Notes: a model not told the origin generated them from the sequence alone. Counted from the stretch's first letter, positions 9,287-17,158 are shown. The stretch is 20,000 nt of DNA from an uncultured virus (IMG/VR IMGVR_UViG_3300010220_000093) (IMGVR_UViG_3300010220_000093:54968-74967); one strand, 5' to 3'. Made by a program: numbers and translations.

Positions 9287-9964
9287 TTACCCGGACGGGC
9301 GCACCCTCAGCCACGGCCGCGCCTTCGGCATTGCCGACGTCACCTCGACCTCCCGGAGCATCCCGCCCGCGATCAGCCCCTCGCGGACCCAGCCCAGCGC
9401 CTGCCGCCAGTCGTCGTAGCCGCGCCGGGCGGCTTCGATCTGCTGCGGATGCGGAGAGAAGGTCACCGGACAGGCCAAGATGTCGATGGTCTTCCACGTG
9501 GCACGGGCGCCCGGGCCACGCACGCGAATGCGCTCGGTGCCGACGACGATTGCGCCCGCATGCGTGCCGTGCTGGTTCTGTTTCACGATGGTCGGCACGC
9601 ATCGCGGGATGGCGCCTGGCATCCAGTCCGGGGTCAGCCCGGCGCGGGCCAGTTCGGCGACGCGGATTGCCATGCGCTTGCCACCGAGGCTGTCGGGGAG
9701 CCCGGCGACGGTGGCGGCGATGACCTCGGCGTCTTCGTGGGTGTAGCCGCCGATCTTGTGCTGGCCGCCGTCGATCTTGCAGCCCAGCACGGCGCGCTGC
9801 AGCAGGACGTACTCCAGGCCGAAGCCGAAACCTTCCTCGGTGACGTCCGGGGGCAGCGGCAATTCCAGCTGCGCCTGTTCGATCCGGAACGCCCATTCCA
9901 GCGCGGCCTGCACGCCCAGCGCGCGCTTGATCCTGGTGCCGCTGACGCGGCCGTGGAAACTCAT
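9287..9964 (-). CDS. Phage-related hypothetical protein, 225 aa
   Basis: AAGGA RBS; ATG overlaps the upstream TGA (ATGA); protein-like composition; last gene of the coupled operon. Confidence 0.75.
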   Translation of the reverse strand: MSFHGRVSGTRIKRALGVQAALEWAFRIEQAQLELPLPPDVTEEGFGFGLEYVLLQRAVLGCKIDGGQHKIGGYTHEDAEVIAATVAGLPDSLGGKRMAIRVAELARAGLTPDWMPGAIPRCVPTIVKQNQHGTHAGAIVVGTERIRVRGPGARATWKTIDILACPVTFSPHPQQIEAARRGYDDWRQALGWVREGLIAGGMLREVEVTSAMPKARPWLRVRPSG

Positions 9965-10569
9965 GGCTGCAATCCTTCAAGGAAATCCATCTGCGCCGGG
10001 CGCTGGGCTTGGTTCGTCGGCCGCCAGATCCACGGACCCGAGGCCATGGGCAGCTGCGAGAGAGCGCCACGCATGTGCTGCTGCCAGAGGGTGAACTCCG
10101 TTGCCGAGCAGGCGCAGAGCGCGTGCCCGATGGGCCAGCCCATCAGCCATCCGACGAAGAGCGGGCTCAGCCGCCGCCGCGACCGGCCCTTCAGGATCCG
10201 CCGCGAGACGGCGCGCCCATGCGAGGCAATCATCGAAGCCCAGAGCGGGCGCGAGATCGGGGCGTGCGGCGAGGACCGCAGCCCATCCGGCGAGATCGCC
10301 GGGGCCGGGCGGGTGAAGCCCTGTTCCGCCCGGTAGTGCAGCAGGTCCATCCGGGATTTCCCGTCGGTGCGGATGATGCTGGCCTCCGAACTGCCCTTCC
10401 AGTTCTGGGCGGCCGGTGTCGGCCAGTGGTTCGGCAGGGCCTTCGCGATGCCCAGCGCCAGCGCTTCCGCCTTCCTTGTGAAGTCGCTGTTCCCGGCTGG
10501 GTTGTAGCGGCCAGTGCCGGGATGCAGGCTCATCGGTGTGGGCCAGGATGAAGATCCGCAGCCGCTCAT
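9961..10569 (-). CDS. Putative beta polypeptide of a split C5 MTase, encoded in an alternative frame inside the alpha gene (frame open up to ATG 11049; start uncertain)
   Basis: Two WPTP repeats and a motif IX-like RRRLSPLFVGWLMGWP. Its stop overlaps the ATG of the next gene. Confidence 0.65.
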   Translation of the reverse strand: MSGCGSSSWPTPMSLHPGTGRYNPAGNSDFTRKAEALALGIAKALPNHWPTPAAQNWKGSSEASIIRTDGKSRMDLLHYRAEQGFTRPAPAISPDGLRSSPHAPISRPLWASMIASHGRAVSRRILKGRSRRRLSPLFVGWLMGWPIGHALCACSATEFTLWQQHMRGALSQLPMASGPWIWRPTNQAQRPAQMDFLEGLQP

Positions 10570-11053
10570 GCGGCGCGCCGACCTCTGCCGCCGAGAACAG
10601 GCCCGCCGCAGGCGTGTAGCCCATGCCCCAAAGCTCTCGGAGGACGATTTCAAGGCCGAGGGTGACGTGCCCGGAGACGTTTTCGAGGAAGACCCATTCC
10701 GGACGGCATTCACTGACGACGCGGGCGACGTCGGGCCAGAGGTGCCGCGGGTCATCGGCGCCGCCGCGTTTTCCGGCCGCGCTGAAGGGCTGGCAGGGAT
10801 ATCCCGCGAGGACGGCGTCGAATGCGCCGTGGAAGGGGCGGGCGTCGAAGCTGCGCAGGTCGGTCCAGATCGGGGCCGGGGCGAAATACCCCGCGCGCTG
10901 GGCTGCGATGAGGACGGTGCTCGGCCAGTCCTCCCATTCGACGAAGGCGCGGGTGTGATAGCCGGGTTCGGCGAGCATGAGGCCCAGATCAAGGCCTCCG
11001 CCGCCTGCGCAGAGGGACAATCCGTGCCGGGGACGTGACACCATGCCATTCAC
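9977..11053 (-). CDS. DNA (cytosine-5)-methyltransferase, alpha polypeptide, about 358 aa
   Basis: SLCAGGGG (motif I), AGYPCQPFS (IV), LENV (VI), PHERLRIF (VIII), LLGNGV (X). GTG at 11053 overlaps the rep TGA; alternative ATG at 11044. Confidence 0.9.
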   Translation of the reverse strand: MNGMVSRPRHGLSLCAGGGGLDLGLMLAEPGYHTRAFVEWEDWPSTVLIAAQRAGYFAPAPIWTDLRSFDARPFHGAFDAVLAGYPCQPFSAAGKRGGADDPRHLWPDVARVVSECRPEWVFLENVSGHVTLGLEIVLRELWGMGYTPAAGLFSAAEVGAPHERLRIFILAHTDEPASRHWPLQPSREQRLHKEGGSAGAGHREGPAEPLADTGRPELEGQFGGQHHPHRREIPDGPAALPGGTGLHPPGPGDLAGWAAVLAARPDLAPALGFDDCLAWARRLAADPEGPVAAAAEPALRRMADGLAHRARALRLLGNGVHPLAAAHAWRSLAAAHGLGSVDLAADEPSPAPGADGFP

Positions 11054-12057
11054 CGCACCCCGCGCTCGCGCAGGCGCTCGGGCGTGACCAACCCCCTCGC
11101 AAGCATGGCATCGCGCATCGTGTTGCTGATCGCGCTGACCGGCAGGTAGCGGTCGGAGTTGACCAGATCGGCGTAAAAGGCGAGGAGGTCGGTGATCGGC
11201 TTCGCGGCCGGGGCAGGGGCCGCCTTGGGCTTCCGGCGTTTGCGCCCGGCATCCTCGACCTTGCGCTGGGCGGCGCGTTGCATCGCCCGGTCCAGCGCTT
11301 TCGGCCCATCGGGCGGTTCGGGATGCTCCTGGCGGGAGGCCTCGGCCGCGGCGATGATCTCCGCCTCGGTCAGCCCGAGCTCGTCGCGCCAGCGCTGGAC
11401 GTGCAGCCGGGGCGGCCAGCCTTGCCACCAGCCGGGCAGGGCGGCGGGGTCGAGGCCCAGCGCGGAAAGCAGATCCCCGAAAACCTCATCGGAAATCGTC
11501 TCGCGCGCCTGCGCGCCCTCCTCCTCCTTTACTGGTTTACTTAGAGGTTCCCTTACAGGGTTAGTGTCCGAAATCCGGACACGGCTTTCGGCTTTTTCCG
11601 GACACGGCTCGGCCGAAAAATCGGACACGGCTCCGGCGCCATCCCCGTGTCCGAAATCCGGACACGGCAGCGCATCGGCCATGCCGTCACCAGCACAACC
11701 ATCGGCATCGTCGACGCTTTCTGAGCTGCCATCGTCCCCGTGTCCGATTTCTGGACACGGCACCACAGCCACAGGTGTGAAGCCTGGCTCGAACCCCAGG
11801 ATGTAGCGGGTGGGCAGCTGGCGCTTGGTGACGGGATCGAGCCGCGGCACACGACGCAGCAGACCCACGGCCTCCAACTGGCCAAGGTGATCGTTCAGCG
11901 TCGACCGGCTGATTTCGCAGTCATGCGCAAGCCGGTCTTGAGAGGGAAAGCAGCCGTAGTCTGGGTTGAACCGGTCGCAGAGGTGCCAGAGCACGATCTT
12001 GGTCGTGGGCTTCAACCCGCGCTGCTTGATGGCCCAGTTGGTGGCCTCGTGGCTCAT
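11050..12057 (-). CDS. Phage-type replication initiator with N-terminal winged HTH, 335 aa
   Basis: KIVLWHLCDRFN..CFPSQDRLAHDCEISRSTLNDHLGQLEAVGLL (HTH_36-like), followed by a low-complexity linker containing DNA repeats; ATGA-coupled to the upstream gene. Confidence 0.8.
   Translation of the reverse strand: MSHEATNWAIKQRGLKPTTKIVLWHLCDRFNPDYGCFPSQDRLAHDCEISRSTLNDHLGQLEAVGLLRRVPRLDPVTKRQLPTRYILGFEPGFTPVAVVPCPEIGHGDDGSSESVDDADGCAGDGMADALPCPDFGHGDGAGAVSDFSAEPCPEKAESRVRISDTNPVREPLSKPVKEEEGAQARETISDEVFGDLLSALGLDPAALPGWWQGWPPRLHVQRWRDELGLTEAEIIAAAEASRQEHPEPPDGPKALDRAMQRAAQRKVEDAGRKRRKPKAAPAPAAKPITDLLAFYADLVNSDRYLPVSAISNTMRDAMLARGLVTPERLRERGVR
11564..11761. repeat. Iteron-like repeats (putative replication origin) inside the rep gene
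   Basis: Five GGACACGGC copies ending at 11585, 11608, 11631, 11668 and 11761. Three are palindromic GTGTCC-N7-GGACAC units. An AT-richer tract is adjacent at about 11528-11563. Confidence 0.8.
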
Positions 12058-12449
12058 GGCGCGGGCCTCCGCGGTGCAGGGGCGATGCGCGAGGTGAAGC
12101 CGTGATCGGCCAGCGCGCCCAGCGCGTCGTCGAGACTGCGCACCAGCGCCCAGCCGAACCTCTGCGCCAGAACGGCATCACGGAATGCCTCCTGTTCCGG
12201 CCGTAGCCGCCCCTTTGGCGCCTTCAACTCGAGGAACAGGATCCGGCCCTCGCACAGGACCATCAGATCGGCGAACCCGGCATGGACGCCCATGCCGACA
12301 AGGATCGCCTGGCGCTTTGCCCCCCGGGGCCCGGCCTCGGTCACCTCGTTGGCACAGTGATGGATGATGGCGGTGCGGGGCAGGGCGATGCGCAGCGCCT
12401 GCACGATGGCGCGCTGAAGATCGGCCTCGGGGGTTCCACGACGCATCAT
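12054..12449 (-). CDS. VRR-NUC domain nuclease, 131 aa
   Basis: PEADLQRAIV..GVHAGFADLMVL..FLELKAPKGRLRPEQ..VRS; ATG at 12449 overlaps the upstream TGA. Confidence 0.85.
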   Translation of the reverse strand: MMRRGTPEADLQRAIVQALRIALPRTAIIHHCANEVTEAGPRGAKRQAILVGMGVHAGFADLMVLCEGRILFLELKAPKGRLRPEQEAFRDAVLAQRFGWALVRSLDDALGALADHGFTSRIAPAPRRPAP

Positions 12450-12685
12450 CGCGGGGCCCTCCCCTGATCCTCGCGCTGGGCACGTCGCACCGGCCGCCGC
12501 GCATCGACGACGACCAGCAGGCGCTGGGCATCGGCGCGTTCGCCCGGGGTCTCGCCATGCTGGACCAGCACATTGCACGCGAGCTGAATGAGAAGGTCGC
12601 TGTGATGCGCAACATCGGCGATGACAGCGCGGGCCTCGGCCACGCGGTCGGCGGGCCAGGGGGATGTGCGGGGATGGATGGTCAT
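12446..12685 (-). CDS. Small hypothetical protein, 79 aa
   Basis: ATGA overlaps at both ends (12682-12685 and 12446-12449). Confidence 0.7.
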   Translation of the reverse strand: MTIHPRTSPWPADRVAEARAVIADVAHHSDLLIQLACNVLVQHGETPGERADAQRLLVVVDARRPVRRAQREDQGRAPR

Positions 12686-12930
12686 GACCGACCCCGCGTC
12701 TTGCGCACCGGGTGAGCCTGTTCCTGCGCCCTGATCCACTCCTGGATGGCGGCGCGGCGATAGAAGATCTTTCGACCTATGCGTGTGCAGGGCGGACCCT
12801 GACGGCGGGCTTCCCACCGCGACAAAGTGTCTGTGGTCAAATCCAGTGCGCGGGCAAGCTGCTCGCGGCTGATCCAGTCGGCCAAAAGGTCAGGGACCTC
12901 CTCCACTGGGTCGTTTTGCATGTCCTTCAT
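12682..12930 (-). CDS. AlpA/excisionase-like HTH DNA-binding protein, 82 aa
   Basis: WISREQLARALDLTTDTLSRWEARRQGPPCTRIGRKIFYRRAAIQEWI is the MerR/AlpA-type HTH plus wing; GGAG RBS. Confidence 0.85.
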   Translation of the reverse strand: MKDMQNDPVEEVPDLLADWISREQLARALDLTTDTLSRWEARRQGPPCTRIGRKIFYRRAAIQEWIRAQEQAHPVRKTRGRS

Positions 12931-12991
12931 CGGCTGCTCCGTTCGCCTCGCGCCCCTCTGCCGGGGGCGGTTTCAGCGAAGCAGAGCGTGA

Positions 12992-13022
12992 GGACCGGAA
13001 GACAGGCGGAAGGTGGAACTGG
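12992..13022. repeat. 31-bp direct repeat copy 1 (upstream of the alpA operon)
   Basis: GGACCGGAAGACAGGCGGAAGGTGGAACTGG, 29/31 identical to 15500-15530. Confidence 0.85.
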
Positions 13023-13278
13023 CCGCTGCCGTCCAATTCCACCCCTTATTTTATTGGTGCTTCGGCGGCTGGCGCGCGACACGACACGCGTTACGGCAGT
13101 CTTCGTGGAGTATCCCTCGCGCCGCTTCCTGGCGACGATGTGCGCTTCGTCGTCCTCGCTTCGTCAGCTTGGGGTTGATTGGGCGACGTTCAGGCTGTCA
13201 GACAGGATTTGCTGCGACCGGAATTGCCGGAATGGACCGTTCCGGTCGGGTTCCGGGGGTTCTGGACGATATCCACAA

Positions 13279-13293
13279 GTTCTTTTTTTGTTC
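13279..13293. promoter_or_regulatory. Alphaproteobacterial LexA (SOS) box
   Basis: GTTC-TTTTTTT-GTTC is an exact GTTC-N7-GTTC match in a divergent intergenic region. Confidence 0.7.
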
Positions 13294-13552
13294 CAGTTCG
13301 CCAGCGCAGGATTCTGGTTGATCGCTCGCCTTTCGGATGCGTAGATTCGTGGTTGAGCAGAACATAAGAATCGACAAGGCAACCGAAGCCAGGTCCCGCC
13401 CCTCTTGGGGTGGAGTGCCCAATTACAGGAAGTTTTCCTCGACGACGTGGGCTGCAGCCAGTCCACCCGCGTGCCTGGCACGGCGGGTTTTTGTAACCCG
13501 CACTCCGACGGCCCTGGCCGAAGGATGCCGTATGTCTGAGAGGAGTTCGTTC

Positions 13553-14155
13553 ATGCCTTTGCCGCCCGTCGCCTTCTATTCCATCTACGAAATTGCTGTG
13601 CGCTGGGGCTGTCACCCGGCCGACGTCGCGGGCTGGGCCGCGGCAGGACACCTTCAGGTTCTGGCTGGCATTCCGCCGGTCAGTTGTGGCGATGAGGCGG
13701 TCGCCGGTCTGGTCGAGGTGCCAATCGCGGAACTGATGCCGATGTTCAGGCGGATCGGCCCGAGCGACGAACAGGCGCGGCTGCGGCGCGTGATGCCGCC
13801 CGGGTCCAAGACCTGGCTGAAGGTGACCGACCCTCCCGATGGCGTGCCGATCCGGTCGTCGGACCTTCTGCTGTCCGCGGGATCCCTGCAGCAGTTCGAG
13901 GAGGAACGCGACCTCTTGCGACGCCCGGCCAGCACCATAGGCGCCAGCCCGCGTTATGACTGGGACGCGATGTATGCGTGGCTGACGTGGTTCTTGTTCG
14001 AAAAGGGGGTGCCCGACACCCAGACCGCGCTGGTCTCGCTGGTGCAGGACTGGTTCGTCCAGAACTCGAAGTCGGGCGAAGTGCCGGATGAAAGCACCAT
14101 CCGCAAGCGGCTGTCCTCGCTCTGGCGCAGGCTGCGCGGGGAGGATGCCGCGTGA
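13553..14155 (+). CDS. Hypothetical protein with HTH-like segments, putative regulator, 200 aa
   Basis: GAGGAG RBS before ATG 13553. N-terminal FYSIYEIAVRWGCHPADVAGWA and C-terminal TQTALVSLVQDWF..PDESTIRKRL look like HTH elements. Confidence 0.7.
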   Translation: MPLPPVAFYSIYEIAVRWGCHPADVAGWAAAGHLQVLAGIPPVSCGDEAVAGLVEVPIAELMPMFRRIGPSDEQARLRRVMPPGSKTWLKVTDPPDGVPIRSSDLLLSAGSLQQFEEERDLLRRPASTIGASPRYDWDAMYAWLTWFLFEKGVPDTQTALVSLVQDWFVQNSKSGEVPDESTIRKRLSSLWRRLRGEDAA

Positions 14156-14158
14156 CGG

Positions 14159-15430
14159 TCAGGCCGATTCCGGCAGGTCGGCTCCGTCCTGCGCCGCGTC
14201 ATGTACAAGGCGCGGCCGCGGGCGCAGGAGGCTGGCCACCGTGTCGACACCCGCCCGCAGGGGGGAGTCCATCAGGTGCGCGTAGCGCTGGGTGGTCTGC
14301 ATCTGGCTGTGGCCCAAGAGCTTGCCGATCATTTCCAGCGATGCACCGCCGCTGACCAAGAGCGAGGCGAAGGTGTGGCGCAGGTCATGGATGCGGACGT
14401 CGGCCAGCCCGGCGTCCTTCTGCACCTTAGCCCAGAAGCGGCGGATTTCCCGAACGGGCTGGCCGACCGTATCGCCGGGGAAGAGCCACTGGTTCCCGCG
14501 TGGCACCGCCTGCTGGCGCAGCCGCACGATGGCCGCGACGTCCTGCGAAATCGGGACGCGATGGATCTTGCGCTGCTTGGTGGTCGAGGCGGGTTTCGAC
14601 CAGATGGCATAGTCGAGGTTGAACTGTTCGAACCGCGCGGTGCGGACCTCGCCCACCCGGGCGCCGGTCAGCATGCACATGCGGATGATGGCCGCGGCGC
14701 GCTGGTCCTCGGCAGCATCCAGCACGGTCGCCAGCCGTGTCAGCTCTTCGGGCGACAGGAACCGTTCGCGGGCGTGTTCTATGCGCCGATGGAACCCCTG
14801 CGCGGGGTTGTCCGTCCGCCATTCCCATTCCATAGCCAGCGTGAACATCTTGCGCAGCACCTCGCCCATGCGGTTGGCGCGGATCGGGGTGGGCTTGGGA
14901 CCCTGCAGCTTGCGTGCCCGGTTGTTCGGCTTCGCCTTGCAGGGGCGAGGCCGCCCCTCGGCCACGAAATCGAGAAACTTCGCGACGTCGGACTTGGTGA
15001 TCTCGGTCACCAGCCGGTTACCCCAGGCCGGTTCCACCATCTTCTTCAGCATCGAGACTTGGTCGCCCGCATTCGTCTTGGCCAGTTTCGGCAAGTGTTC
15101 GGCGATGTAGCGGTCGATCATGTCTGTGACACGAGGGGCCCCTCGCCACTCGTCCCGCATCGCCAGAGGATCCTGTCCCTCGTCGATGGCGCGGCGCAGT
15201 TCCTTGGCTCGTTCGCGCGCGGCCGTGACGCTCCATTCGGGCCAGCGTCCGATGGTCATCCGCCGCTGCCGCCCGGCGTGCCGGTAGTCGATGGTGAAGG
15301 TCCGCGCGCCCGAGGCCTGCACCCGGGCCGCAAAGCCTATCACCTCCGTGTCGAAGATCTGATAGCTGACGCCGGGCTTTGGCTCCGCCTCGCGCAGGGT
15401 TTTCTCATTCAGTTTCAGTCGTTTGACCAT
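14159..15430 (-). CDS. Tyrosine integrase, P4-like with N-terminal arm-binding domain, 423 aa
   Basis: TGARVGE (R), TKQRK (K), HDLRH, LLGH, TQRYAH (Y). N-terminal IFDTEVIGFAARV..RRMTIGRWPEWSVTAARERA. AGGAGG RBS. Confidence 0.95.
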   Translation of the reverse strand: MVKRLKLNEKTLREAEPKPGVSYQIFDTEVIGFAARVQASGARTFTIDYRHAGRQRRMTIGRWPEWSVTAARERAKELRRAIDEGQDPLAMRDEWRGAPRVTDMIDRYIAEHLPKLAKTNAGDQVSMLKKMVEPAWGNRLVTEITKSDVAKFLDFVAEGRPRPCKAKPNNRARKLQGPKPTPIRANRMGEVLRKMFTLAMEWEWRTDNPAQGFHRRIEHARERFLSPEELTRLATVLDAAEDQRAAAIIRMCMLTGARVGEVRTARFEQFNLDYAIWSKPASTTKQRKIHRVPISQDVAAIVRLRQQAVPRGNQWLFPGDTVGQPVREIRRFWAKVQKDAGLADVRIHDLRHTFASLLVSGGASLEMIGKLLGHSQMQTTQRYAHLMDSPLRAGVDTVASLLRPRPRLVHDAAQDGADLPESA

Positions 15431-15499
15431 CCATCCCGCCTCCTTGCCCGAGGACACAGGCGTAGACCCGCGCCACTATCAAGTCGGACCACAGGGCCG

Positions 15500-15530
15500 G
15501 GACCGGAATACAGGCGGAAGGTGGAATTGG
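15500..15530. repeat. 31-bp direct repeat copy 2 (upstream of the integrase)
   Basis: GGACCGGAATACAGGCGGAAGGTGGAATTGG. Confidence 0.85.
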
Positions 15531-15792
15531 GGCGGGGAGGGGCGTTCCGGCGAGCCGGAGTATAATGTTGGTCATGCTACTGAAGGTGATGATGGGTGTA
15601 CCCCGCGGGACAGGCAGGGGTAAAAGCACTCTCACCGCAAACGACGCGCTTGATTAATCCAGCAAGCAGGGACTCTTGAACGCGGACCTATGCCCTTTGA
15701 CATGGCCTGTTTGCGTCACGAACGGCCTCTCCGCGACACGAACTGATGTTCATTCCGTTTCGCGCGCCGACTGCCCTGGCGTCGGCAAGTAG

Positions 15793-15944
15793 GCAACGTA
15801 GGGTGCTCTTCATGCATCACGAGCGCCTGTTGTCGCATCGTGCTGTGAAAAACTGCAACGATAGCTGGTATACTTACATCGTTCTTCCTTGTGCCGCAAC
15901 GATCATCGTGCTACGTGCATCGAGCGAACGATTTCATGCAACGA
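15793..15944 (+). promoter_or_regulatory. Array of 8 phased GCAWCGW-like heptamers with an embedded extended -10 promoter
   Basis: Starts at 15793, 15814, 15835, 15855, 15876, 15896, 15917 and 15938 (20-21 bp period); TGgTATACT at 15866-15874. Confidence 0.7.
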
Positions 15945-15955
15945 ACCCCGGGGTA

Positions 15956-17155
15956 ATGCAGTTGGACCACTTCTCAATCATTCAGGCGCTGTGCCGATCT
16001 GCAATGGCGGTCCCATCCCCAGCGGTTCGCAAGCAGATTGAACGGCTTCTTGCGGCGCTGGAGAAGGAAGGCGACGAGAAGCAAGCAGCATCGATCGCAG
16101 GAATTTTGGCTACTGCGGAGCGTGCAAAAGAGGTTGCCCCGAGCCGTATCGAACGCTCGCGGGCGCAACCAATTGGTGAAACGCTGGGCCCAAACACCCC
16201 GGTGCCCGTTGATCGCGAAACATCTGCCCCGCTGGCTGAGATCATTTTTCCAACTGACGTTGCCTCTCGTCCCCCCCTTTTTAATCCGATCGTCACACAA
16301 GCCGTCGGGACGATCATTGAAGAGTGGGAAAACTTCGACGCATTGTCTGACCTAGACGTCGCGCCGTCCAAGACTTGCCTGATCTACGGTGCGCCGGGGA
16401 CCGGTAAGACGCGACTGGCCCTGTGGATCGCGCGGGAACTTGGCCTACCCGTTGTGCTAATTAAGCTAGACGGTCTTGTCTCATCATTTCTCGGCACAAC
16501 GGCACGCAACATTGGGAACCTCTTCGCGTTCGCAAACCGTTATCGCTGCGTCCTGCTGCTCGACGAGTTTGATGCGATCGCGAAGGTGCGTGACGATCCA
16601 CAGGAGGTCGGCGAAATCAAGCGTGTCGTGAATGCCCTGCTTCAGAACCTCGATTCACGTCGAGATATCGGGTTCACGATCGGTATCACCAACCATCCCA
16701 AGCTTCTCGACCCCGCCATATGGCGTCGTTTCGAGGTACAGCTTGAGATTCCAAAGCCTGACTTCGAGATGCGCAAGGCAATCGCCTCACATTTCATGCC
16801 GCCGATCGCCGCGCCCGAGAGCCATTTGCGTTTGATCGCATGGTTCACCGAGGGGTCGACAGGCGCGGAAATCGAGTCGCTCGTTCGTACCTACAAGAAG
16901 GCAACGAGGGTCCGCGAAGCAGAGCGTCTTGACCTGCTTGGTACGCTCCGTCAGTTCGCTACGCTGAACGCCGCGCGTGTTCAGAGCGAGCGGAGGGCCT
17001 TGCTGTTCGAAGAGCCTAGCACCTTGTTTCGTGCGATGCGCGAAGATCCCGTGCTTTGCTTCTCCATGACCGACATTGGCGAGATCGCTGGTAAGGACAA
17101 ATCCACAGTCAGTCGTCAGCTCGGTAAGGCGATCAAGAACGATGAGGAGCGGTAA
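15956..17155 (+). CDS. ietA: IetA-like AAA+ ATPase with C-terminal HTH, about 399 aa (alternative start TTG 15962)
   Basis: Walker A GAPGTGKT, Walker B LLLDEFD, SRH TNHPKLLDPAIWRRF, C-terminal FSMTDIGEIAGKDKSTVSRQL; 3 nt upstream of an S8 peptidase gene. Confidence 0.88.
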   Translation: MQLDHFSIIQALCRSAMAVPSPAVRKQIERLLAALEKEGDEKQAASIAGILATAERAKEVAPSRIERSRAQPIGETLGPNTPVPVDRETSAPLAEIIFPTDVASRPPLFNPIVTQAVGTIIEEWENFDALSDLDVAPSKTCLIYGAPGTGKTRLALWIARELGLPVVLIKLDGLVSSFLGTTARNIGNLFAFANRYRCVLLLDEFDAIAKVRDDPQEVGEIKRVVNALLQNLDSRRDIGFTIGITNHPKLLDPAIWRRFEVQLEIPKPDFEMRKAIASHFMPPIAAPESHLRLIAWFTEGSTGAEIESLVRTYKKATRVREAERLDLLGTLRQFATLNAARVQSERRALLFEEPSTLFRAMREDPVLCFSMTDIGEIAGKDKSTVSRQLGKAIKNDEER

Positions 17156-17158
17156 ACT

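Noticed and set aside
11054..11428. N-terminal extension of the C5 MTase (483-aa ORF)
   Set aside because: Low-complexity Arg/Ala/Pro translation overlapping rep. The MTase motifs begin just after the GTG at 11053.
11564..11761. CRISPR array (also considered for 15793-15944)
   Set aside because: Repeats are short or irregular, with no spacer-sized unique units and no cas genes. Better explained as iterons and operators.
13269..13277. DnaA box-like ATATCCACA
   Set aside because: Single copy with a mismatch; expected by chance.
13337..13552. Longer start for the putative regulator (272 aa)
   Set aside because: The strong GAGGAG RBS precedes ATG 13553, and the extension looks non-coding.
15561..15702. 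Isolated TATAAT (15561) and TTGACA (15697)
   Set aside because: Neither has a correctly spaced partner hexamer.
15746..15955. N-terminal extension of the AAA ATPase (469-aa ORF)
   Set aside because: It overlaps the repeat array and putative promoter and has no RBS. A start at 15956 or 15962 is more plausible.
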